NCBI GenBank assembly: GCA_950097015.1
Contig: CATNEN010000041.1
Location: 2,046,001-2,110,000, forward strand
Direction of reading: 5' to 3'
DNA: 64,000 nucleotides
Origin: Macrostomum hystrix
Taxonomy: Eukaryota > Animalia > Platyhelminthes
Shown here: one piece after another, positions 1-13,549 of the stretch
Position numbering within the stretch: position 1 is the first letter of the stretch
Layout of the letters: each line of letters starts with the position of its first letter
The notes under the pieces: generated by a model
Database searches by the model: none
What the model was told of the DNA's origin: nothing
Seen by the model: the letters and a program-made list of their open reading frames with translations, nothing else
Program-made: the position numbers and the translations under genes

Positions 1-811
1 TCTAATGACTTTGTTTTCTTTATCTCTTTTTCCTGCGGTCCCTCCTGGTTCACCACGCTCTTCTTTTTATCCGTTTTTAAGCAAGAATTCTGCTATCACT
101 CTGTCCGCCAGTCAGTCTGGGATATTACACCTGTTGTTGCTGGGCCGAAGCAACTCTGACGCGAAGCTTTTTGTTTATTTAATGGTTGCGGCTTTTTTCT
201 GCTCTTTGCATTCTAAAATGAATAGATCTGATAAAAATGTTCCTGATGCATCGGTTATTTCTGTTGGAGCTCGTTTCTGGGGCCTAAATTAGACGATACG
301 ATGGTCAGTTTATCTACAGAAGTCTGTACAGAAGCAGCTCTTGGTGAAAAAAAAAGCAAATCAAGAATAAACAATGACGCTCTAATGCAGTAAAAATACT
401 GCAAAATCATGTACCCTAAGCTTATATGTATTATGATAAATCATCTCAGAAATTAAAAATTCAGTAGTTAGTTGTACTAGAATCCAATCTCATGGTCCTT
501 GGAAAAAATATTACGGTTATGTTTCCCAGAAGCATAAAAAATAGTAAATAATTGGAGCGTAAAGTTATAATATGTACATGTACTGCATGGGTAAATAAGG
601 CGAAGTGCATACGGCGTACCTCTTGCTAAGGCGATTTGATTCAAGTGACTAGTTTAAAGTTTGGTTCAAACTTTAACTTTTTAATCATAACTATAAATCG
701 CGTGAAGTCAGCATTTACAAGCAATGCAACAAAGAATAAACGCACAAGTTCAGCAAAACAAGTAGTACATAGAGTGGAAGGCTCTTCAGAGAACTTCAGA
801 GTACGCCAACA

Positions 812-1122
812 GAGGTTGTAGCCTAGTGGTTAGGGCGTCGGACTCACGACTTGAAGGTCGGGGGTTCGATTCCCGACTCCCCTGAAACAATTTGTGTCCT
901 TTAGCAAGACACTTAACTCTGCATTGCTTCAGTTCACCCAGCTGTTAAATGGGTACCAGCATCAGCTGGGATAATTGAAGGTGGGTGTGGCGTCCCCCCA
1001 GTCCATGGACTGAACAGCTGTACGCAGCCTTCAGATGCGCCGCGCATTAGCTGCGGCTGTGCTGTCGGCTGCACATCTGACCCAATTGGGGCAGGTGTAA
1101 TCAAAAAATCAAAAAAAAAAAA
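812..1122 (+). mobile_element. tRNA-derived SINE with CORE (MIR-like) domain, family 1, copy A
   Basis: tRNA-like head with A box (TAGCCTAGTGGTTA) and B box (GGTTCGATTCCC). It is followed by GTGTCCTTTAGCAAGACACTTAAC...CTTCAGTTCACCCAGCTGTTAAATGGG, which aligns by eye with the MIR CORE consensus (GTGACCTTGGGCAAGTCACTTAAC...CCTCAGTTTCCTCATCTGTAAAATGGG). A-rich tail at about 1101-1122. A second copy lies at 30455-30737. Confidence 0.8.
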
Positions 1123-2991
1123 TCAGAGAACAGCTCAAGCATCATGCTTTTTAGCACTTGAATGCAAGTTTGAGAAGATCATTTAATCATTAATTTTCAG
1201 GTGTATTATAAAAATGATTATTTAGGTGCCTGCTGGTAATTTTCTGTTCCAGAATTAAAATTAAATCATTTTTTGCTTCACTGACATAGTTTCGTGCGCT
1301 TTTTAAAAAATGCTCTGCTGTTTTTAGCACATTTAACGACACATCATGTTCTGGTATTTTCTTGGCAACGTCAGACACAGTAAATGAAAGTAAAAAAGCG
1401 TTTCAGGCATTCAGGCTATAGAATGTAATAATCTACTGGTCAGACGCATATCTTCGAGATTTAGTATAGTGTGAAGTGTGATGACTATATTTTTAACTTG
1501 TGAATGTGTATGTTTACTGAGTCATTGCTACGTCTAAAAGTACAGATAGTGGCACAATACTATTCATAATCATAGTCAGTGCAGCTTAGAGAGCAAAATA
1601 TATATTTAATAAGAAATATTGCCTTATAGCTAGCTAATAAGCTACAGCCTTATTGTGATTGTGATTGTGATTGTTTTACATTTTTAAGTACTGCATGCAG
1701 GTTAGCTCAAATTTAGATAAATTATAAACAATTTTTCTAAGTCTAAAGTCATAAGGAGTTGCAGTTGCAGGTTTTTGCTTTTTAATGGCTTTTCAGATTG
1801 ACTAACTATTTTTAGTTAAATTTAATTGTTGACAAGCTAGTAGCTGGTGTAGGCCTATGCTAGAATTTTCCTGGTGGAATTAAACTGACACCAGCAGCCA
1901 TCTTACTGTAATACTGACTATGGTAGTTAGGTAGGCCTACCTTCAATTGCACACAAGTGCAAAATAGCACCAAACACAAGTTGGCACATGCCTATCTACA
2001 CTCCCATCCAAGGCAATTGTTCCAATCATTGCAACCATCAATTGTTAATGTTTGGTACACACAAACTAGAATTAAGCAATCACAATGGTTTTGAAGTACT
2101 TAAAATAGAAGAATAAAAGAAAATAAATTTTTAAACATATAAATTAAATAGTTTATAAAGTATATCAAATTATCAATAATTGTAATGTTGGTACCCTGTT
2201 ATCTTGTTGCAGATTTCATGTAGAACCAATTTGTTAAAAAAGGTCCTTAAATCTTCATTTTGCATAGTGCACAAACCATAGTGCTAATCATGCTAGGTGT
2301 ATGACAAAAAATCTTTTGAGGCTAGATGACATGCTTAAATGTTTATTTTGTATATTTGAATGTAAAGAGAAAGAAAACATTTAGGGACATTAGAGAAAAG
2401 TTAATTTTCTTTTGTTAACAACCTTTCAATTTTTTTACTATTATAGTCATACTAAAAATGTGTTCCAACATTGAGTACTAAATGTAAAGCAAGTGTTTGC
2501 CAAATTGGGTTGGAAATATTAATGTATACCTAAATAAAGCTATTGATTATATCCAACTCTATATAGTGTAAGACTGCCTAGGTGTGGACAAGGTTGCTAA
2601 TGTTATATATTGACTTTATAGCATAGACTCTTTTTAGGTAGTTTGTGTGAAGAAGATATATTGCCTTTTCCTCATATTTTTTTATGCTTCTTTAAGTTAA
2701 ATGTTTCGTTTCACGTATATTTAGCTAGAAAAATTAGGACAATAGCTTGCTTATATACTTTTGTTTATCTAGTAAGTAAGCCAATAGACAATAGACACAA
2801 ATTAAACTTGAGCATTGATAAAGCCTAAATGAAGCAAATGATTGACTGTAACATAGTTTTGCAGTATCCATGTATCAATGAGACACTAGGTGCAAATGTC
2901 TATTAATAATATTTGTTTTAATTACCTCAAAGCACTAAGACCTAGAAAAAAACAGTATTATAAATATATTTCCAGTAGGTCAATTCCTCAC

Positions 2992-3186
2992 CTGCCACTG
3001 CTTGTGACCCTGCCACTGCCACAAGGCTAAAAGTTCAGTAAAAGCTGCCTTACAGCACTCACTATTCTCATTTGTACCTACTGCCATGCATTTGTCATTT
3101 GTGCTAATTAGGATGCAGCAAGTAAAAGCTCCACCTCTCACAGTTTCTACTAATTGCTCTTCTTCACCTGAAACAGCTGCTGTCAT
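2992..3186 (-). CDS. Putative first coding exon of an unidentified gene divergent from NDK
   Basis: True ATG at 3186, then 65 open codons (MTAAVSGEEEQLVETVRGG...GHKQWQ) ending exactly at a strong donor CAG|GTGAGG. A possible phase-compatible second exon lies at 2283-2195 (HYGLCTMQNEDLRTFFNKLVLHEICNKITG). No family recognised. Confidence 0.35.
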
Positions 3187-3435
3187 TGGGGGGGGGTTGA
3201 GAGCTTCATCAATGCTCGAGTCCTTTTTATACAGCTAATAGGCTCATTTAACCTAGGCATGATTCTTGACCAATCATTTCCATCCTTCACGCTAGGTGGG
3301 ACAAATTAATGGTTCCTACTTTCAAGCTATCTTTAGTTCAGGTCGAGAGGTAAAATCGCACACATTATCAATTAGAAACAAATATTCAGCAACAAGCCGA
3401 TTGCTTTCAGTGCCAGTGAAGCAGCAGCAGCAGCA

Positions 3436-3885
3436 ATGGAGCGCACTTACATCATGATTAAGCCAGACGGAGTTCAGCGCGGCCTTGTTGGCAAGATCAT
3501 CAAGCGCTTCGAGCAGCGCGGCTTCCGCCTAGTGGCCATGAAGATGCTGCAGCCGAACCGCCCCCTGCTCGAGGAGCACTACGGCGACCTGAAGTCCAAG
3601 CCCTTCTTCTCCGGCCTCATCGAGTACATGCTGTCCGGCCCCGTGGTCAGCATGGTCTGGGAGGGCGAGGAGGTGGTGAAGATCGGCCGCATCATGCTGG
3701 GCGCCACCCAGCCCATCAACAGCCAGCCCGGCACCATCCGCGGCGACTACTGCATTGTGACTGGCCGCAACATTGTCCACGGCTCCGACTCGGTGGCCTC
3801 CGCCCAGAAGGAGATCGCCCTGTGGTTCAAGCCGGAGGAGCTGGTCAGCTACCAGCTGGCCAATCACGGCTGGATCTACGAGTAG
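3436..3885 (+). CDS. NDK: Nucleoside diphosphate kinase, group I (NME1/2, awd-like), intronless, 149 aa
   Basis: [18 protein letters not shown] start, [17 protein letters not shown] and catalytic-His motif NIVHGSDS, ending WIYE-stop. AATAAA at 4086-4091. Confidence 0.99.
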   Translation: MERTYIMIKPDGVQRGLVGKIIKRFEQRGFRLVAMKMLQPNRPLLEEHYGDLKSKPFFSGLIEYMLSGPVVSMVWEGEEVVKIGRIMLGATQPINSQPGTIRGDYCIVTGRNIVHGSDSVASAQKEIALWFKPEELVSYQLANHGWIYE

Positions 3886-4320
3886 GCGCCAGCCACTCAT
3901 GACCTGCCCATACCAGCTGTGCGACTGTTCTCCTATTTGGTTTAGGGTGTCTTTTAGAAAGGTTTAAACACTTAGCTTTGCTTCTCATTGGTTAGTAGAA
4001 TGTCCGTATGAGCTCCACTTTTTGAGACCGCGCCTATTCTCAGATAGAGATCAAATTCTGTCAGTAAAGTAGTGCAATTAACAATAATAAAGAATAGTAA
4101 ATGATGACCAGCAGTTAAATCAAATTCAACCAGCTGTTGCTGCTCCTTGACCAGTTAGATTTCTGTTCCAACTTTGGTTTCAATAAATTCGTTTGTCTTT
4201 GTTGCGTAAATTATTTTTTATGGTTCTGTATGCTAAAGCATTAGAAATTTGTCTAAGAGTATACTGCGAGTAGCCTGATTGCGTTTTTGCTGTCAAGGAC
4301 AAAGGTGTTTTTTATCCTTT

Positions 4321-5535
4321 GACACTGCACTGCTCAATGCTGCTGTAGCCTGTGACACCCCACTGCTCACTGCTGTAGCCTCTGACACCCCACTGCTCAC
4401 TACTGTAGCCTGTGACACCCCACTGCTCACTGCTGTAGCCTGTGACACCCCACTGCTCACTGCTGTAGCCTGTGACACCCACTGCTCACTGCTGTAGCCT
4501 CTGACACCCCACTGCTCACTGCTGTAGCCTGTGACACCCCACTGCTCACTGCTGTAGCCTGTGACACCCACTGCTCACTGCTGTAGCCTCTGACACCCCA
4601 CTGCTCACTGCTGTAGCCTGTGACACCCACTGCTCACTGCTGTAGCCTGTGACACTCACTGCTCACTGCTGTAGCCTCTGACACCCCACTGCTCACTGCT
4701 GTAGCCTGTGACACCCACTGCTCACTGCTGTAGCCTGTGACACTCACTGCTCACTGCTGTAGCCTGTGACACCCCACTGCTCACTGCTGTAGCCTGTGAC
4801 ACTCACTGCTCACTGCTGTAGCCTGTGACACTCACTGCTCACTGCTGTAGCCTGTGACACCCCACTGCTCACTGCTGTAGCCTCTGACACCCACTGCTCA
4901 CTGCTGTAGCCTATGACACCCCACTGCTCACTGCTGTAGCCTGTGACACCCACTGCTCACTGCTGTAGCCTGTGACACCCCACTGCTCACTGCTGTAGCC
5001 TGTGACACCCCACTGCTCACTGCTGTAGCCTGTGACACCCCACTGCTCACTGCTGTAGCCTGTGACACCCCACTGCTCACTGCTGTAGCCTCTGACACCC
5101 ACTGCTCACTGCTGTAGCCTCTGACACCCACTGCTCACTGCTGTAGCCTCTGACACCCACTGCTCACTGCTGTAGCCTCTGACACCCACTGCTCACTGCT
5201 GTAGCCTCTGACACCCACTGCTCACTGCTGTAGCCTCTGACACCCACTGCTCACTGCTGTAGCCTCTGACACCCACTGCTCACTGCTGTAGCCTGTGACA
5301 CCCACTGCTCACTGCTGTAGCCTGTGACACCCCACTGCTCACTGCTGTAGCCTGTGACACTCACTGCTCACTGCTGTAGCCTGTGACACCCCACTGCTCA
5401 CTGCTGTAGCCTCTGACACCCACTGCTCACTGCTGTAGCCTGTGACACCCCACTGCTCACTGCTGTAGCCTCTGACACCCCACTGCTGTAGCCTGTGACA
5501 CCCCACTGCTGTAGCCTCTGATACCCCACTGCTGC
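4321..5535. repeat. Minisatellite, 29-30 bp unit, about 40 copies (between NDK and tubulin)
   Basis: Unit CTGTAGCCTGTGACACCC(C)ACTGCTCACTG read directly. Confidence 0.97.
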
Positions 5536-5970
5536 AACCTAACACCCTCACCGCAGCCTCTGATACCTGTACTATCTGACATTCCACAGCTGTCTCCTGA
5601 CACTACTGTGTCCTGAAGCTGCATGGTTGCTTTCCTCCAACTGTGCCAGGTTTGCTCGCACCCCAGCAGTAAATCCCACTTAACCCTCGCCCCGGTCCGC
5701 TGTCTAGCTCTGCGCCTGCCCTGAACCATCGATCGCCTTTTTTTCGCCCTGCCTCGTCCTGCGCTTCCTCGCATTTCAATCCCTCGAATCCCCTTCCTTC
5801 CAGTCCATCCCCCACTGCTAGCCCACGCGGACCCGCGCTATTGGCTGGGGGGCAGTTCCTGTGGGCGGTGAGGCCGAGAGTCTGCGGCTATTTTCCACAG
5901 ACTAAATTAGCAGCTGACATACCGCTGTCTGGCTGTGACTCATAACTAGGCTAAATATATAATACATAAG

Positions 5971-5976
5971 TATAAA
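5971..5976 (+). promoter_or_regulatory. Candidate TATA box of beta-tubulin
   Basis: TATAAA 100 nt upstream of the ATG, with a reverse CCAAT (ATTGG) at about 5840. Motif match only. Confidence 0.4.
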
Positions 5977-6070
5977 GCAGCGTTTCTAAGACACTCACTA
6001 AGGCGTTCTGTTGCTATTAGTTTCTTCTGCGATTTGATTTCAGCTTTAAAGCGACCTTCAGCCAGCAACC

Positions 6071-8673
<2,603 letters not shown>

Positions 8674-9254
8674 GGGCATTGCTAGCACTGATTGTGTTCC
8701 TCAGCAGCAATCTAAGAACATGTCACAGCTTCTCTTGGACAAGCATTCGAAATCTATTGGGCTGCTTCAGTCTAGTTAGCTTTGATCTGCTTTGCAATTA
8801 AATAACTTATATGCCTAAACCGTTACTCATTCGCTTACTCTTTACTCCTAGGCTAATAATTGCTTCCATGCCAGGTGGTCTGCTGCTGCTGCTGACTTCC
8901 ATTCTCATGTCTTCTTGTTCCATTCGATTGATTTGTTTAACTGGGCAATCGAACTGAAACTCCAAGCTTTCTCTAATCCAGCTAGCCTAATCCGCATTTC
9001 CGCCGCGTCTCCCTAGTCTCACCGTGTCATTTTCATTTTACTCTCAGCTTTGCTTCTCTAGCCATTTTTTATTTCGGTTACAAATATTATTTATCTCGAT
9101 AATTTGTACTTCGAATTCAGCTGTGCAATGCAAAATACAAACTGATTGGCCTACTGCCCAAGCTGCAACATAATTTTATCCTATTATTATCGATTGTCTA
9201 ATAATTCTAACTGTCAAATTTTCAAATTGTCTAGATTTATTTTAGTTAATTCCT

Positions 9255-12000
9255 TCAGTTGAATCCCCACTCACCTCAGTTGAATCCCCACCCACCTCAG
9301 TTGAATTCCAACTCACCTCAGTTGAATCCCCACCCACCTCAGTTGAATCCCCACTCACCTCAGTTGAATCCCCACTCACTTCAGTTGAATCCCCACTCAC
9401 CTCAGTTGAATCCCCACCCACCTCAGTTGAATCCCCACTCACCTCAGTTGAATCCCCACCCACCTCAGTTGAATCCCCACTCACCTCAGTTGAATCCCCA
9501 CTCACCTCAGTTGAATCCCCACCCACCTCAGTTGAATTCCAACTCACCTCAGTTGAATCCCCACCCACCTCAGTTGAATCCCCACTCACCTCAGTTGAAT
9601 CCCCACTCACCTCAGTTGAATCCCCACTCACCTCAGTTGAATCCCCACTCACCTCAGTTGAATCCCCACCCACCTCAGTTGAATCCCCACTCACCTCAGT
9701 TGAATCCCCACCCACCTCAGTTGAATTCCAACTCACCTCAGTTGAATCCCCACCCACCTCAGTTGAATCCCCACTCACCTCAGTTGAATCCCCACTCACC
9801 TCAGTTGAATCCCCACTCACCTCAGTTGAATCCCCACTCACCTCAGTTGAATCCCCACTCACCTCAGTTGAATCCCCACTCACCTCAGTTGAATCCCCAC
9901 CCACCTCAGTTGAATCCCCACTCACCTCAGTTGAATCCCCACCCACCTCAGTTGAATCCCCACTCACCTCAGTTGAATCCCCACTCACCTCAGTTGAATC
10001 CCCACCCACCTCAGTTGAATTCCAACTCACCTCAGTTGAATCCCCACCCACCTCAGTTGAATCCCCACTCACCTCAGTTGAATCCCCACTCACCTCAGTT
10101 GAATCCCCACTCACCTCAGTTGAATCCCCACTCACCTCAGTTGAATCCCCACTCACCTCAGTTGAATCCCCACTCACCTCAGTTGAATCCCCACTCACCT
10201 CAGTTGAATCCCCACCCACCTCAGTTGAATCCCCACTCACCTCAGTTGAATCCCCACCCACCTCAGTTGAATTCCAACTCACCTCAGTTGAATCCCCACT
10301 CACCTCAGTTGAATCCCCACCCACCTCAGTTGAATTCCAACTCACCTCAGTTGAATCCCCACCCACCTCAGTTGAATCCCCACTCACCTCAGTTGAATCC
10401 CCACTCACCTCAGTTGAATCCCCACTCACCTCAGTTGAATCCCCACTCACCTCAGTTGAATCCCCACTCACCTCAGTTGAATCCCCACTCACCTCAGTTG
10501 AATCCCCACTCACCTCAGTTGAATCCCCACCCACCTCAGTTGAATCCCCACTCACCTCAGTTGAATCCCCACCCACCTCAGTTGAATTCCAACTCACCTC
10601 AGTTGAATCCCCACCCACCTCAGTTGAATCCCCACTCACCTCAGTTGAATCCCCACTCACCTCAGTTGAATCCCCACTCACCTCAGTTGAATCCCCACTC
10701 ACCTCAGTTGAATCCCCACTCACCTCAGTTGAATCCCCACTCACCTCAGTTGAATCCCCACCCACCTCAGTTGAATCCCCACTCACCTCAGTTGAATCCC
10801 CACCCACCTCAGTTGAATCCCCACTCACCTCAGTTGAATCCCCACTCACCTCAGTTGAATCCCCACCCACCTCAGTTGAATTCCAACTCACCTCAGTTGA
10901 ATCCCCACCCACCTCAGTTGAATCCCCACTCACCTCAGTTGAATCCCCACTCACCTCAGTTGAATCCCCACTCACCTCAGTTGAATCCCCACTCACCTCA
11001 GTTGAATCCCCACTCACCTCAGTTGAATCCCCACTCACCTCAGTTGAATCCCCACTCACCTCAGTTGAATCCCCACCCACCTCAGTTGAATCCCCACTCA
11101 CCTCAGTTGAATCCCCACCCACCTCAGTTGAATTCCAACTCACCTCAGTTGAATCCCCACCCACCTCAGTTGAATCCCCACTCACCTCAGTTGAATCCCC
11201 ACTCACCTCAGTTGAATCCCCACTCACCTCAGTTGAATCCCCACCCACCTCAGTTGAATCCCCACTCACCTCAGTTGAATCCCCACTCACCTCAGTTGAA
11301 TCCCCACCCACCTCAGTTGAATCCCCACTCACTTCAGTTGAATCCCCACTCACCTCAGTTGAATCCCCACTCACCTCAGTTGAATCCCCACTCACCTCAG
11401 TTGAATCCCCACTCACCTCAGTTGAATCCCCACCCACCTCAGTTGAATCCCCACTCACTTCAGTTGAATCCCCACTCACCTCAGTTGAATCCCCACCCAC
11501 CTCAGTTGAATCCCCACTCACCTCAGTTGAATCCCCACTCACTTCAGTTGAATACCCACTCACCTCAGTTGAATCCCCACTCACCTCAGTTGAATTCCCA
11601 CTCACTTCAGTTGAATTCCCACTCACCTCAGTTGAATCCCCACTCACCTCAGTTGAATTCCAACTCACCTCAGTTGAATCCCCACTCACCTCAGTGGAAT
11701 CCCCACTCACCTCAGTTGAATCCCCACTCACCTCAGTTGAATCCCCACTCACCTCAGTTGAATCCCCACTCACCTCAGTTGAATTCCCACTCACCTCAGT
11801 TGAATCCCCACTCACCTCAGTTGAATCCCCACCCACCTCAGTTGAATCCCCACTCACCTCAGTTGAATCCCCACTCACTTCAGTTGAATTCCCACTCACC
11901 TCAGTTGAATCCCCACTCACTTCAGTTGAATCCCCACTCACCTCAGTGGAATCCCCACTCACCTCAGTTGAATCCGAACTCACCTCAGTGGAATTTCCAT
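9255..12000. repeat. Minisatellite, 21 bp unit, about 130 copies (between convergent tubulin and RyR 3' ends)
   Basis: Unit CCTCAGTTGAATCCCCACTCA, with recurrent variants ...CCCACCCA and ...TTCCAACTCA. Confidence 0.98.
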
Positions 12001-13549
12001 TGACTTCATTCAGATCCTTATTCACTTAAATTTAGCCCAGTTTTCCATGAATATTTCATAATCAGCTGAGGCAAATGTTCAGTTTCCTCATAAGAAGCGA
12101 AGATCTGTGCAGTGCGCTGTGGGGTAATTCTTCAGCTGAATTAGTCGGCTGCATCCTACCAGACTTTGAGCTCTAAACTCTAAAGCTTGGCGATGCGACT
12201 GGCCGAGTAGATCTCCACCCCACTGCCGATGGAGGGCGGGTCTCTTGGGCGCAGAAATTCGTCCCTAGACCAGACCAAACCGGTTCGAGCAGAGACCGAT
12301 GGCCGCTGGCTTCAGCCGGGGCGCCCCACTTTCCTGCCCGTCACTCCGGCTCTCCCAGACTGTACTTTACGGCCCGACTGGCGGACTGTCTGGCTGCTTG
12401 CACTTTAGCGAATTTGGCTGGGGCTTGCTGGTGTCACAAGTGCACACAAATAACCCGAGCAGTAGCTGAAGGCCTGCCGAGTGGATTTGATGCAAAAGTT
12501 GCAGCACAAAAGTTCGGGGATGAAGCATGCGAGCTATAAGTTTATTTATTGTACCGTGCGCTGCTGAACAGTTAATTATAAAAGTGCATTCAATCAGGTA
12601 GGGACATTGTAAAACTGGCAGGCAGCAGCTGTGATAGGCGGTGGGTGCATGCAGGGTTAACTGACAGCTGTTGAGTACATGGGTTATGGCTAAAAGTTAG
12701 CGGACTACAAGTAGATTGCGCTAGAAAACTGCGCTGAGGCCACAGTTTGAATTGGACTAGCGGGTCAATGCTGAAGGCGGCTTGTAAACAGCGGCGGATA
12801 CATGTACTTTTAACACTGCGACAGCGCTGCCCGCTCAGGTGAATCCGTCATTGAAGCTTTGATGCTTCATGCCATTCTTGCCAAACCTGTCAGTCAGGGT
12901 CCACAATGGGAGATTCAAGTCCATGCTCGGTCTAGAGTTCGAACCCACCCAGGTCCCACAATCGGGGTGGCGCTGTCGCATTAGAAAAAGGCTGATAAAA
13001 TAAGATCGCCTGAATTACTGGCTAGCAATGGTTCGCGTTCACGCAAGTGATTGAGTTGTTGTCATGGTGATATGTAGCTACACTTTAGAAAACAAAGTAA
13101 TTCCATTGGAGATAAAAGGGTTGCGTATGTAATATAAGTAAGTAATGTTAAGTAATACTTATTGCGAGTAAGTCTTGAGAAGACAATGTTGTCAGTTAAA
13201 ATGTGCGAAATTAATTCGCCAAGATCGACCTGCTCAAGAGGGCCGGTTGCCTTGGTTACGGGCTCAGTTGTCCTTGGATGCGGAGCTGGAAAATCAGCGC
13301 CAGAAGCAATGAAAACAGAAACTATCAGTAAAATAGATTTTTTCTATTTCGGTGCATAAAATTTCAGATAGCGCGTAGCCACCGTATCCAAGGAAAACAC
13401 ACCCGTTGCTATGACTGTGGTGACTGAGAAACAAAAGTGCATGCATGCTTTGAGGCTAGACGGGCAGCAGTTTAAAAAAGAGGCCGAGAATTGCTCGGTC
13501 ACAACAGGCGAATCCACTTTCTCCTTTGTCTTCGCAGCGGCAGCTCCGC

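Noticed and set aside
812-885. tRNA-Val(CAC)-like gene (also at about 30665-30737)
   Set aside because: The anticodon and acceptor stems pair poorly and the sequence continues into a shared SINE body, so it is a SINE head.
1-2100. Short ORFs 5-292, 636-821 and 1190-1378 as genes
   Set aside because: No recognisable domains and no consistent splice phases. They could be downstream exons of the unidentified - strand gene, but I could not join them.
9242-12025. 927-aa (STEVSGD)n ORF and the opposite-strand 914-aa (PHSPQLN)n ORF
   Set aside because: The first begins at GTG directly after a TAA and has no ATG. Three of six frames are open simply because the 21-bp unit lacks stops in them. There is no signal peptide or unique domain.
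12930-12990. Isolated B-box-like GGTTCGAACT on the - strand as a further SINE
   Set aside because: There is no A box or body homology to either SINE family beyond a few bases.
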